Made by a program: the position numbers and the translations under genes. A DNA stretch of 64,000 bases from Dictyostelium discoideum (Eukaryota). The stretch lies in NCBI GenBank assembly GCA_000004695.1, contig CM000150.2:3456001-3520000 (forward strand). Reading direction: 5' to 3'. Positions 54,769 to 64,000 of the stretch are shown here, one piece after another. The notes under the pieces were generated by a model, which was not told where the DNA came from, searched no databases, and was given only the letters and a program-made list of their open reading frames with translations. Within the stretch, counting starts at the first letter, position 1. Each line of letters starts with the position of its first letter.

Positions 54769-55836
54769 ATGAATGATGAACAGATAACAACAATTAATAA
54801 TCATAATACTCTAGATGAACAAGAAGATGAAATAAACAAATTAACAACATCTTCATCATCATCAACTTCATCATCACCATCAACTTCTTATATTACATTA
54901 AATAATGCACCACCACCAACAACAACACAACCAAAAATTCCAATAATAACACCACCAACAACAACAACAACAACAACCACTACTACTACTTCGAATACTG
55001 CTAATACTACAATAAATAATGATTCAATTTTAAAATTAAATATTGGTGGTGAAATTTATTATACGACTGTATCAACGATATTATCAGACTCAAATTCAAT
55101 GTTTTATTTAATGTTTGGTACTGGTAGATTTAATGTACAGAAAGGAGATGATGGTACTATATTTATTGATAGAGATGGTAGATATTTTCATTACATATTG
55201 AATTGGTTAAGATCAAAATTTATACCATTCATAAAGGATGATGCCATAAGGGATAGTGTTATGAATGAGGCTAAATATTATCAAATCACAAGTTTAATAG
55301 AGTATATGCAATACCAAATAGCATCACAAGCACCACCACCCGATATTGAAAAATTCTCACAAAAAGAAATATTACAATTGGTGAATCTATCACACCCAAA
55401 CCAACCTATTCAATTACCGTCTGCCAATCTATCAGGTTTGGATTTATCAGGTTTGAATTTAAAGAATGCTAATCTTAGATTTGCAAATTTAGAAGGTTCT
55501 CTATTGAAATATTGTAATTTGGAGGATGCAAATCTTGAATCTGCAAATCTTAAAAACTGTGATCTTAGATTTTCAAATATTTCATGTTGCAGTCTACAAA
55601 GAGCTCAACTTCAAAATTCACAACTTCAATACTCTTCCTTTGTTGGCTCAAATCTATCTGATGCTGAATTATGTGATGCACAACTTCAAAGTGCTGATTT
55701 TCAAAGTGCAAATCTTCAAGGTTCAAATCTTCAAGGTGCAAATCTGTTAGATACAAATTTACAAAATGCAAAAGTTCAAGGTACTTCATTTAGTAGAGTT
55801 CTTAATGTTCAACGTGCTAAAAATTTAAAAAGATAA
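54769..55836 (+). CDS. KCTD9-like protein: BTB/POZ (T1-type) domain followed by pentapeptide repeats, 355 aa, single exon
   Basis: BTB core ILKLNIGGEIYYTTVSTILSDSNSMFYLMF...DGTIFIDRDGRYFHYILNWLR; C-terminal tandem A(N/D)LxxA(N/D)L pentapeptide repeats (ANLSGLDLSGLNLKNANLRFANLEGS...ANLQGSNLQGANL); Thr/Ser/Pro-rich N-terminus. Confidence 0.8.
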   Translation: MNDEQITTINNHNTLDEQEDEINKLTTSSSSSTSSSPSTSYITLNNAPPPTTTQPKIPIITPPTTTTTTTTTTTSNTANTTINNDSILKLNIGGEIYYTTVSTILSDSNSMFYLMFGTGRFNVQKGDDGTIFIDRDGRYFHYILNWLRSKFIPFIKDDAIRDSVMNEAKYYQITSLIEYMQYQIASQAPPPDIEKFSQKEILQLVNLSHPNQPIQLPSANLSGLDLSGLNLKNANLRFANLEGSLLKYCNLEDANLESANLKNCDLRFSNISCCSLQRAQLQNSQLQYSSFVGSNLSDAELCDAQLQSADFQSANLQGSNLQGANLLDTNLQNAKVQGTSFSRVLNVQRAKNLKR

Positions 55837-56074
55837 AATAAAAAAAAATAAAAAAATATATAATTGTATAAATTTAAATTTAATGAATATTTTTTTTTTT
55901 TTTTTTTTTAAACTATTTGTTTTTATTTAATATTTTAAAAATTATTATATTTTATTATTTATTATTTATTTTATTTTATTGATATTACTTTAATTTATTT
56001 ATTTATTTTATTTTTTTCTTTTTTTTTTTTTTCTTTTATTTTATTTTTTTTTTTTTAATTTATTTTTTTTTTAT

Positions 56075-58549
56075 TTATTGTTTATCTTTACCATAGACTT
56101 TATTAAGATCATTATTTTCCATACCAAATTCCATTAATACTTTTTCTTGTTGTTTACCCTTTGGAAGTTCAACAGCCTCAGTCCAAGTAGGTTTAAATCT
56201 TAATTCTTTGCTAGCTTCATACTCATCGTAGACTTGTTGTAACTCTTCTTTAGTGTAAGTACCATTCAACCATTTGTTGTATTCTTCCAACTCTTGATTG
56301 GTGAGACTATATACATTTGGATTATAAATTGTGAAAGTACCATTCTTGTAGGAGAAGATACCTAAAGATTTAGCTTGTCTAATGGTTTTAACGATCTTCT
56401 TTTGATGTTTTAAACAATTACCACTGAAATGTCTTGGAAGCATATCACCGGCTTTATTTAAATAGATGGAAAGGAAAGGAGTATTGAGTGGATCAACTTG
56501 CCAATTTGGATTTTGACAAAGGAGACATTTTGGATTCTTTTTTTTTGGTGTAAATAATTTACCAGTGACAGGATGATAGATTGGTGGATCGATATTTGAT
56601 AGGGAACCTTGAGAAACCTCTTGAACGATTTCATTCATAGTTGAAGTGTGATCGTTGTATTCTTGTTCCTTCTTTTGATCGAGTAACTCTTTTTGTTGAT
56701 CGTATTTGTATTTAATGAAATTACGAATCATCATTGGATCTCTGGTCTCGAGTAAATCTTTTTGGAGTTGTTTCTCATTTTCATAGAGTTTAGCTTTGTA
56801 CTCTTCCATGAAAAGGTGGGATTCATATTGTGGTTGATCATTGACGAGATCGATCTTGGTTTGGAAATCATTTAAAAGACCCTCTTGAATGACTCTATCT
56901 TTGAATGCTTTAACCATTGGTGAATCCTCTTTGGTGACCAATACTCTATCCTCTGGGAGCATAATTTCATGGGTTGGGAACTCTTCAGCTTCATTTGGTG
57001 AAAGAGTGACGTGATCACGGAATGAATCACCTAACATCATTGTTCTCCTCTCCTTTTCATTTTCAAGATATTCATAGACTGCGTCCATATATTTACCTTC
57101 AGAAGGTAAGTTAAGACTATATTCAACTAAATCACTACCAAACATATCAATGAAAGTATGTAAGGCATCCATTTCTGATAGAGAAAACTCTTCCAAGATC
57201 TCTTCAACCTCTCTTGCTGATCCTTTTCCATTGGTAAAGCAAATCAACTTGTTGGCAGCGGATTTCAATTTATCAAGTTTTTTTTGACTCTTTACATCCT
57301 CTTCATACAATTTCTCGTATGGCATGGTGAAACCATCATCGAATTGTTTCAATAATTGACCATCTTGATAGATGTAATTACCAGAGTTTTCACTCGAGAA
57401 ATCCAATGAATAACGAGTTAAATCTTCAATACCAAGTGGTTGTTGTAAAAGTTTTTTCATATCAATTGAACCATCCTTTTGAATTGCACCTGCCTCTTTA
57501 GCTTTATATCTTAAAATAGTATTATTTCTAAAGAGAATATCCAATCTCTTCTGCTCCAATGATGAATTGAATTTATAATCTTTTGCTATCTCTTTAATTT
57601 GTAAATCTAAAATCTTTTGTTGAGCTATTCCAATGACTTTTTTCTCTTTCTCTGATAATTCAACTTGAGAGTCGAGTTGGTCGTCATCGGCTTCATTCAC
57701 CATTGAAAATGACTTTAAAGTTTCTGCTGAAATTTCAAAATCATCTCTAAATATTAATTTATCTTTTAATGGAATACCATCATCGAGGAAATTCATAACC
57801 ATGAGTTTAAATTGTGGGTCTTTGTTTGATTGATCTTCCATCTTTTCAATTAACATTTTGATTTTACTTTCTTTATTCTCTAATGAAAATTCTTCATCAT
57901 GATCTTCTTCATCAAGTTGATCAATTTCTTCATCTATTCCTCCAACTTTTTGATCTGCAACCAATGGTGATGGGAATGCATCACGCAAAATTGGGTCATA
58001 TCTGATTTTTTCGGTTTGTGTAACTTTGTGGATTGGAATTTTCATACCAGTGGTTTCATCAATTGGTCTTTTAGATTCAAATTCTTTCTCTTTATCTTTT
58101 TTTAATTTCTCTGCTTCGGCATCCAAGAGACCGTTGGCTTTAAAACGTTCAAATTCAAATTTATTCACTGATGCAAGTTGTGATCTAGTGACAACACCTT
58201 TTTTCTCTAAAAATCTCTTCCACAATTGTAATTCTGCTTCTTTTTGTTCTTTACTTTGTATTGAGAATTGTTCAATCTTTGGATCTAATGCATTTTCAAT
58301 TGATGAAACTTGTTGTTGAAGATTATTAACTGTATCTAATTGTCCTAAAAGTCTTGATTTTGTTATCTCTTTAATTAATTCTGATTTCTTTTTAATTAAT
58401 TCTCTATTCTCTTTAAATTTTTCAAATGATATTGAATGATCATGATTACCACTATGATCATTACAATAATTTCTTGTAATTGAAATTTGACCTTTATTTT
58501 TTAAAAATAAATTTTTATTTTTAATTGATAATCTTATTATTGATTGCAT
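56075..58549 (-). CDS. 824-aa mitochondrial protein with a C-terminal ribosomal protein bS18 (MRPS18) domain and long coiled-coil N-terminal extension
   Basis: C-terminal ...CLLCQNPNWQVDPLNTPFLSIYLNKAGDMLPRHFSGNCLKHQKKIVKTIRQAKSLGIFSY matches the S18 signature (C..C...I.YKN..LL..FI...GKILPRR.TG.C.K.QR.L..AIKRAR..GLLP); N-terminus MQSIIRLSIKNKNLFLKNKGQISITRNY is presequence-like; the remainder is charged coiled-coil; continuous ORF. Confidence 0.65.
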   Translation of the reverse strand: MQSIIRLSIKNKNLFLKNKGQISITRNYCNDHSGNHDHSISFEKFKENRELIKKKSELIKEITKSRLLGQLDTVNNLQQQVSSIENALDPKIEQFSIQSKEQKEAELQLWKRFLEKKGVVTRSQLASVNKFEFERFKANGLLDAEAEKLKKDKEKEFESKRPIDETTGMKIPIHKVTQTEKIRYDPILRDAFPSPLVADQKVGGIDEEIDQLDEEDHDEEFSLENKESKIKMLIEKMEDQSNKDPQFKLMVMNFLDDGIPLKDKLIFRDDFEISAETLKSFSMVNEADDDQLDSQVELSEKEKKVIGIAQQKILDLQIKEIAKDYKFNSSLEQKRLDILFRNNTILRYKAKEAGAIQKDGSIDMKKLLQQPLGIEDLTRYSLDFSSENSGNYIYQDGQLLKQFDDGFTMPYEKLYEEDVKSQKKLDKLKSAANKLICFTNGKGSAREVEEILEEFSLSEMDALHTFIDMFGSDLVEYSLNLPSEGKYMDAVYEYLENEKERRTMMLGDSFRDHVTLSPNEAEEFPTHEIMLPEDRVLVTKEDSPMVKAFKDRVIQEGLLNDFQTKIDLVNDQPQYESHLFMEEYKAKLYENEKQLQKDLLETRDPMMIRNFIKYKYDQQKELLDQKKEQEYNDHTSTMNEIVQEVSQGSLSNIDPPIYHPVTGKLFTPKKKNPKCLLCQNPNWQVDPLNTPFLSIYLNKAGDMLPRHFSGNCLKHQKKIVKTIRQAKSLGIFSYKNGTFTIYNPNVYSLTNQELEEYNKWLNGTYTKEELQQVYDEYEASKELRFKPTWTEAVELPKGKQQEKVLMEFGMENNDLNKVYGKDKQ

Positions 58550-59588
58550 TTTTTTTTTTTTTTTTTTTTCTATAATAATTGATAAAAAAAAAATTAAAAA
58601 AAATAAACAAATAATAAATAAAAAATAAAAAAAAAAAAAAAAATTTCAAAAAAACGAAAAAAGTTTGCTCAAAATCAAAAAAAAAAAAAAAAAAAAAAAT
58701 AGCTTTGAAAAAAAAAAAAAAAAAAAAATAATTTATTTTTTTATTTTTTTATTTTTTTTTTTTTCCAAAATGAATTTCATTTTTTTATTTTTATTTAATT
58801 TCTGATAAAAATAATTTAATGTTATTTATTTTTTAATATGAATTTAGTATAGATAAATAGAGAACTTTAAAATACACAAAATCATATAAAATAAAATAAA
58901 AAATAAAAAATAATTGTATCCATTTTGTTTTTTGAATTTTTTTTTTTTTTTTTTATTTCAACCAAAATTTCGGGCTTAAATAATTTTTTGTAATTGTTTT
59001 TTTATTTTGATGAACAAAGAATAGGGAATATATTTATATAAAAATAGATTTTTTAAAAAAATAAAAAAATAAAAAAATGATTTGATTGAATTGGTTTATT
59101 TTTTATTAAAATATCTAAATTTTTTTTTTTATTTTATTTTATTTTATTTTTTTTTTTTTAATGCAATAAATGAGGATTATTTATTTGGGTTTGGATTTGA
59201 AAAAAAAAAAACAAATTTCAAACAAATAATCTTCACTTATTGCATTAAAAAAAAAAATAATAAAAAAAAATAAAAAAAAAGAAATAATAACAGAAATAAA
59301 AAGAAATAAAAAGATGAAAAAAAAAGTTCACACAAAACTAAAAAAAAAAAAAAACAGAAATAAAAAAAGTTTGAAAAAAAAAAAAATTAATGCATTGAAT
59401 TTTTAGGCGATTCATGAAAGTTTCAAAAAAATTTAAAATTGTCAAACTTGCTCAATTCGAATGATGATGAAATTGATAATGACTTTTCCAACCGAAAAAA
59501 AAAAAAAAGACAGTTTTATTTTAGATATTTATTATTTTTTTTTTTTTTTTGATTTTTTTTATTTTTATTTTTAATTTTTCTTTTTTCT

Positions 59589-59631
<43 letters not shown>

Positions 59632-59794
59632 ATATCAGATATATAAACAATATTATTATTTATAATTATTTTTTTTTTTTTTTTTTTCTTAATTTATATA
59701 TGCATGTAATATATATTTTTTTATTTTATTTTATTTATAAATAGTTTTTTTTTGATCAAAAAAATAAAAAAAAAAAAAAAGAAAAACAAATAAA

Positions 59795-61258
59795 ATGTTT
59801 TCAAAAAAAATATCATTGTATAATAAAACTAATGGAAAAAAAGATAATTCATCAAAAGTATTTTTATTTGTAATATTATTTGTTGTTTTAGTAATTGTTT
59901 TTGTGCAAAGTTTAAGTATTTCACAATTTAACAATGAAATCTCACAAACAACCTCAATAACTATAGATACTAAAGAAAGTAATGATAATAATAATTTAAT
60001 TATTAATAAAAATAATAATAATGAAAATATAAATAATAATAATAATAATGATAATAATGAAAGTGATGAAGATGCATTATTAAGAAAACAACATCAAGAA
60101 TTTAAAGAAGCAGAAGAGAAAGCAAATAAAGGAAAAAGTTTATCATATGCAACAAGATCATATGCAACTAGAAAACCAAAAGAAAAATCAGAACAACAAA
60201 TTGAAAATGAAAAATTAACATTATTAGAGAAAGATATTTTAAGAGGTAGAGTTTTTAAAGAGTTTAAAGATGAAGTTGAAATATTAAAGAGTCTTGACAC
60301 TGATCCAGGTTATGCAAGCATATTGAATTTACCAGATTATAAGCCACCAACAGGTGACGAATTGGTAGACAAAGTTAAAGATACCACATGGAAATTAAGT
60401 AAAGAGGAAAACCCATTCTATTTACCAAAACCACATATTTTCATCCACGTTCCAAAGGCAGCAGGAAGCAGTTTGGGTGGAATTTTCAAGAGAAATGAAA
60501 AGCGTGATAAATTTGCGCACCATTGGAAACATCCATCCTATTCAGAACTTGAAAGTACTATGCAAAAAGATTCAATTTTCGGACATATTAGATACGGTCT
60601 TCATTTCTATTTCAATGATAATGACCCAACTAGAGTACCAGAGAATCCATATGGTTTAAATAAGTATTCCTATATGACAATGTTAAGAGAACCAGTGGAT
60701 AGAGTCATCTCAAATTACTATTATCATAGACAAAATAGAAAAGATCCATTCCATGAATTAGCAATGAATCATAATTTAACAGAATGGATTAAAGTTGCTG
60801 CAGCTGGTAATAATGAGCAAGCCAGAATGATTTGTGGTATGGGTTGGGAGGATTTCGGTAACCAAACCATCTACGATATGGCACTCCATCATTTAAAATA
60901 CACTTTTAAATTTGTCGGTATAACTGAACAATTTACAGAGAGTTTGGTTTTATTTTCCCATTATAGTGGTTTTCAAAATATTAGATACTCTAAAATCAAT
61001 ACCGGTAGACAAAGAGTATCTGTTGATAAAATTCCTGACGATTTAAGAAAAGAGATTGAAGAAAGAAATTGGATAGATGTTGCACTCTATAAAATGGCTT
61101 TAGATATCTATAATAAACAAATTGATCAAATTGGTAGAGATTTCTTTGAACAAGAAGTAGCCGCTTACAAAGATAGATATTTATCTGGAAAATATAAAGT
61201 ACCAAATATTTTACATACAACTAAACCAGTTGAACAAACTCAACAACAACAACAATAA
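59795..61258 (+). CDS. type-II membrane sulfotransferase (Sulfotransfer_2 / HS6ST-like family), 487 aa, single exon
   Basis: N-terminal TM anchor VFLFVILFVVLVIVFV; 5'-PSB motif HVPKAAGSS and 3'-PB motif LREPVDRVISNYYY; poly-N/acidic stem region. Confidence 0.8.
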   Translation: MFSKKISLYNKTNGKKDNSSKVFLFVILFVVLVIVFVQSLSISQFNNEISQTTSITIDTKESNDNNNLIINKNNNNENINNNNNNDNNESDEDALLRKQHQEFKEAEEKANKGKSLSYATRSYATRKPKEKSEQQIENEKLTLLEKDILRGRVFKEFKDEVEILKSLDTDPGYASILNLPDYKPPTGDELVDKVKDTTWKLSKEENPFYLPKPHIFIHVPKAAGSSLGGIFKRNEKRDKFAHHWKHPSYSELESTMQKDSIFGHIRYGLHFYFNDNDPTRVPENPYGLNKYSYMTMLREPVDRVISNYYYHRQNRKDPFHELAMNHNLTEWIKVAAAGNNEQARMICGMGWEDFGNQTIYDMALHHLKYTFKFVGITEQFTESLVLFSHYSGFQNIRYSKINTGRQRVSVDKIPDDLRKEIEERNWIDVALYKMALDIYNKQIDQIGRDFFEQEVAAYKDRYLSGKYKVPNILHTTKPVEQTQQQQQ

Positions 61259-61399
61259 AAAAAAAAAAAAAAAAAAAAAAAAAATAAAAATTAAAAATTA
61301 AATTAAATTAAATTAAAAAAAAAAAAAAAAAGATTTAAAAAAGTTTAATATTTATTTGTTATTATTATTGTTTTTTAAAAAAGATAAAAAAATTTAAAA

Positions 61400-61872
61400 T
61401 TAATTTCTTAAAAATAATGATTTATCTAATGTCATTCCTAAAATTACCCAACCTGCCATAAACAAGAATCCACCAATTGGAGAAACACCCTATTATTAAG
61501 TTTTAAAAAATTTTAAAATTTTTAGTATTTTTTTTTTTTTACCAAAGTCTGGATAAATTTTTTTTTTTTTTTTTTTTTTTCTTTTTTCAAAATAATTACT
61601 ATTTTTCTATTTGTAAGTGATAAATTATATAATGATCCACTAAATAATAAAATTCCAGTTAAAAACATTGGACCAACAATATTTTGTTGTGTTGAGAATG
61701 GAACAAGGAATAAGGCAAATGAATGATAAAGATGGTATTGTTGTGCAGTTTTCCAAATATCTTGACGTGCTACATCAGTAACTTTTTTCTTTAATCCATG
61801 TCCACCATAAGCACCTGAAATAATAGCACTACAAGCGCTAATTCCACCAATTTTCCACCAAAGTTCGTTCAT
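61400..61872 (-). CDS. TMEM256 / DUF423-family small membrane protein, paralogue A; exons complement(61600..61872, 61400..61489), 120 aa
   Basis: MNELWWKIGGISACSAIISGAYGGHGL...YHLYHSFALFLVPFS...GPMFLTGILLFSGSLY... matches TMEM256 (GAHG, HxxLHSxAL motifs); donor GTAATT 61599, acceptor aataatAG 61490; exon 2 GVSPIGGFLFMAGWVILGMTLDKSLFLRN*; phase 0. Confidence 0.75.
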
Positions 61873-61892
61873 TTTTAATAATATTGAGATAA

Positions 61893-61923
<31 letters not shown>

Positions 61924-61940
61924 TTAAAAAAATTTTGGCC

Positions 61941-61972
<32 letters not shown>

Positions 61973-62241
61973 AAAAACATATCAAATCAAAATAATTAAA
62001 CTATTTTGTAATCATTCAAAAATAATTAAGATTAAAAAAAAAAAAAAAAAAATTAAATATAGAAATTTAAAAAAAATGAATTGTTTTGAGTGATTAAAAA
62101 AAAATAATTCAAAATAATAAAAAAAGTTAAAACACCATGGTGAAAATATTAATTTCCCAAAATACATCCACATAAAAAAAATATAATTATTGTGTGTTTG
62201 TATTATTATCCACTTTTGAATTTTATTTATTATTAATAAAT

Positions 62242-62306
<65 letters not shown>

Positions 62307-62439
62307 TAATTATTGGGCACAATTACACTAATAACTTAATCAATTAAGAAAAAATAAATAATAGGACAAAGGTAAATAAAATTTGAAAAATAAAAAAAAA
62401 AATATAAAAAAAAAAAGAAATAATAATCATTTTCTTAAT

Positions 62440-62734
62440 CTGATTCAGCGGTTCATTTGGTTTAGGTTAAACAGGTACAGGCTCATAAGGTATAAAGCAT
62501 TTATCCGGTACAGGTTTATTAGGTTCATCAAGTAAAAATGCATATTTAAGGTTTATCAGATTCAAAAATTTTAACATTTGATAGGTACAGGTTTAACAGG
62601 TACATGTTTATAAGGTACAGCTTAAGCAGGTTCATCAGGAACAGGTCTAACATGTTCATAGGGTTTATCAAGTTTTTAAAGTGCAGGTTAAACAGGTGCA
62701 GGCTTGACAATTTCATCAAGTTTTACAGTTTAAC
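62440..62734. repeat. GC-richer degenerate minisatellite-like array (about 10-12-bp units around ACAGGT(A/T)CAGGTTTA) at the duplication junction
   Basis: Recurring caggtacagg / aggttcatca / aaggtacag / caggtgcagg motifs over about 300 bp; composition is atypical for Dictyostelium intergenic DNA; no long ORF. Confidence 0.6.
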
Positions 62735-62807
62735 ATATAGATATTTATCTGGAAAATATAAAATATTAAATATTTTACAAACAACTAACAACTCAAAAAT
62801 AAAATAA
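62735..62807 (+). pseudogene. duplicated 3'-terminal fragment of the sulfotransferase gene (relic at the tandem-duplication junction)
   Basis: 62735-62800 atagatatttatctggaaaatataaaatattaaatattttacaaacaactaacaactc is about 85% identical to 61193-61258 (…DRYLSGKYKVPNILHTTKPVEQ…); it encodes ...RYLSGKYKILNILQTTNNSKIK* with no upstream coding body. Confidence 0.55.
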
Positions 62808-62934
62808 AATAAAATAAATTTAAATAAAATAATTATCTAATAAATTAAATTAAATTAAATAAAAAAAAAAAGATTAAAGAGAGTGTAAAATTTATTTATT
62901 GGTTTTTAAAAAAAAGGATGGAAAAAAATTAAAA

Positions 62935-63427
62935 TTAATTCTTCAAAAATAATGATTTATCTATAGTCATTCCTAAAATTACCCAACCTGCCATAAATGA
63001 TACTCCACCAATTGGAGGAAGTTTCTATAATTTTTAAAAAATAAAAATTTTAGTTTTTTTTTTTTTTTTTAATAATTACTATTTTTCTATTTGTAAGTGA
63101 TATATAATATAATGATAAATTTTTTTTTTTTTTTTTTTTTTTTTTAATAATTACTATTTTTCTATTTGTAAGTGATATATAATATAATGATCCACTAAAT
63201 AATAATATTCCACTTAAAAACATTGGGCCAACAATATTTTGTTGTGTTGAGAAGGGAACAAGGAATAAGGCAAATGAATGATAAAGATGGTATTGTTGTC
63301 CAATTTTCCAAATTTCTTGACGTGCCACATCGGGAACTTTTTTCTTTAATCCATGTCCACCATAAGCACCTGAAATTATAGCACTACAAGCAACAACTCC
63401 ACCAATTTTCCACCAAAGTTCATTCAT
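62935..63427 (-). CDS. TMEM256 / DUF423-family small membrane protein, paralogue B (about 90% identical to A); exons complement(63155..63427, 62935..63024), 120 aa
   Basis: MNELWWKIGGVVACSAIISGAYGGHGL...; donor GTAATT 63154, acceptor aaattatAG 63025; exon 2 KLPPIGGVSFMAGWVILGMTIDKSLFLKN*; the intron contains a second, micro-duplicated copy of the exon-1 end + donor (63061-63106) separated by T25. Confidence 0.7.
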
Positions 63428-64000
63428 TTTTAATAGTATTGAGAAAATAAAAAAAAAAAAAAATTAAAATAAAATTTTATTTAAAAAAAAAAATATCATA
63501 TACAAAATTACAAAAAATGTTATATTAATATTTTTAAGCGTTGTATGAAAATATTAATTTTTATAAAAACAATAATAAAAAAAAAAGTATTTATTAGTGT
63601 GTTTATGTTATTATTCACTATTGAATTATTATCATAATTAATGAAAAAAAATTGATCTATTAGAAAAAGAATTAACCGGTAAAGTGGTTTATCTAGATTT
63701 TTTTAAAAATTGTAATGTTTATCTAATTAAGATTTAAAATATTTTTTTAGTCTGAAATTATAAAAAAGAATTACAAATTACATCAAAAACTAAAAATAAA
63801 CTAACGTTTAATGATAAAAAAATTAATAATTCCAATAATAATTGTCTTAATTATAATTTCATCTAAATTTCTTTTTTTTTAATTTACATTAATAAAAAAA
63901 AAAAAAAATTTTAATAAATGAAATTCATTTTTTTGGGTGTTTTTTGTTTTCCTTAATTTACATTAAAAAAAAATAAAAAAAATTAGCGGTGGGCAAAAAT

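Noticed and set aside
62440-62734. Mobile element (TRE, DIRS, Tdd, DDT) interpretation of the GC-richer repeat
   Set aside because: No ORF, no terminal repeats, no tRNA gene nearby and the internal structure is short tandem units; treated as a minisatellite or decayed remnant instead

Overview
This 64-kb window looks like Dictyostelium discoideum (or a close dictyostelid) nuclear DNA: about 78% A+T, long (AAT)n/(ATT)n triplet tracts, homopolymer runs, and short AT-rich introns with GTAAGT/GTATGT donors and (T)nAG acceptors. It is gene-dense, with about 28 protein-coding genes on both strands. I reconstructed the exon-intron structures by hand from splice-site consensus, phase and reading-frame continuity, and from remembered protein-family sequences. 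I have not run any database search, so all product names rest on recognised motifs.

Supported genes include:
- dihydroceramide desaturase (3' part, runs off the window start)
- a PPIL1-type cyclophilin
- CDP-diacylglycerol synthase (cdsA)
- an MRNIP-like zinc-finger protein
- inositol-tetrakisphosphate 1-kinase (ITPK1)
- oxidosqualene cyclase / cycloartenol synthase (cas1)
- a YkuE-like metallophosphoesterase
- a class-3 lipase
- a mitochondrial 3-hydroxyisobutyryl-CoA hydrolase (HIBCH)
- cellulose synthase dcsA (1059 aa)
- a KCTD9-like BTB + pentapeptide-repeat protein
- an 824-aa protein whose C-terminus is a mitochondrial ribosomal bS18 domain
- a type-II membrane sulfotransferase
- two tandem TMEM256/DUF423 paralogues
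- several secreted or membrane proteins of unknown function: a tweety-like 5-TM protein, an LRR + IPT/TIG GPI-type protein, and a 1,250-aa Asn-rich glycoprotein with a Cys-rich module that may be joined to a 7-TM tail

I found no prokaryote-type features (CRISPR, operons, defence islands), and no tRNA or rRNA genes. I also see no self-contained novel biological system.

The observations most worth a second look are:
- a roughly 1.5-kb tandem segmental duplication at the 3' end of the window, carrying the sulfotransferase 3' end plus the TMEM256 gene, with a micro-duplicated donor site in copy B and an unusual GC-richer minisatellite at the junction
- a P-loop NTPase gene whose frame is broken at an A9 homopolymer and again near its 3' end, suggesting a pseudogene or an assembly error
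- palindromes and G-box/CA-box clusters upstream of dcsA and other genes
- a roughly 110-bp foldback upstream of the KCTD9-like gene
- triplet repeats sitting systematically inside introns

Many entries in the supplied six-frame ORF track are translations of those intronic repeats or of antisense strands, and I rejected them.
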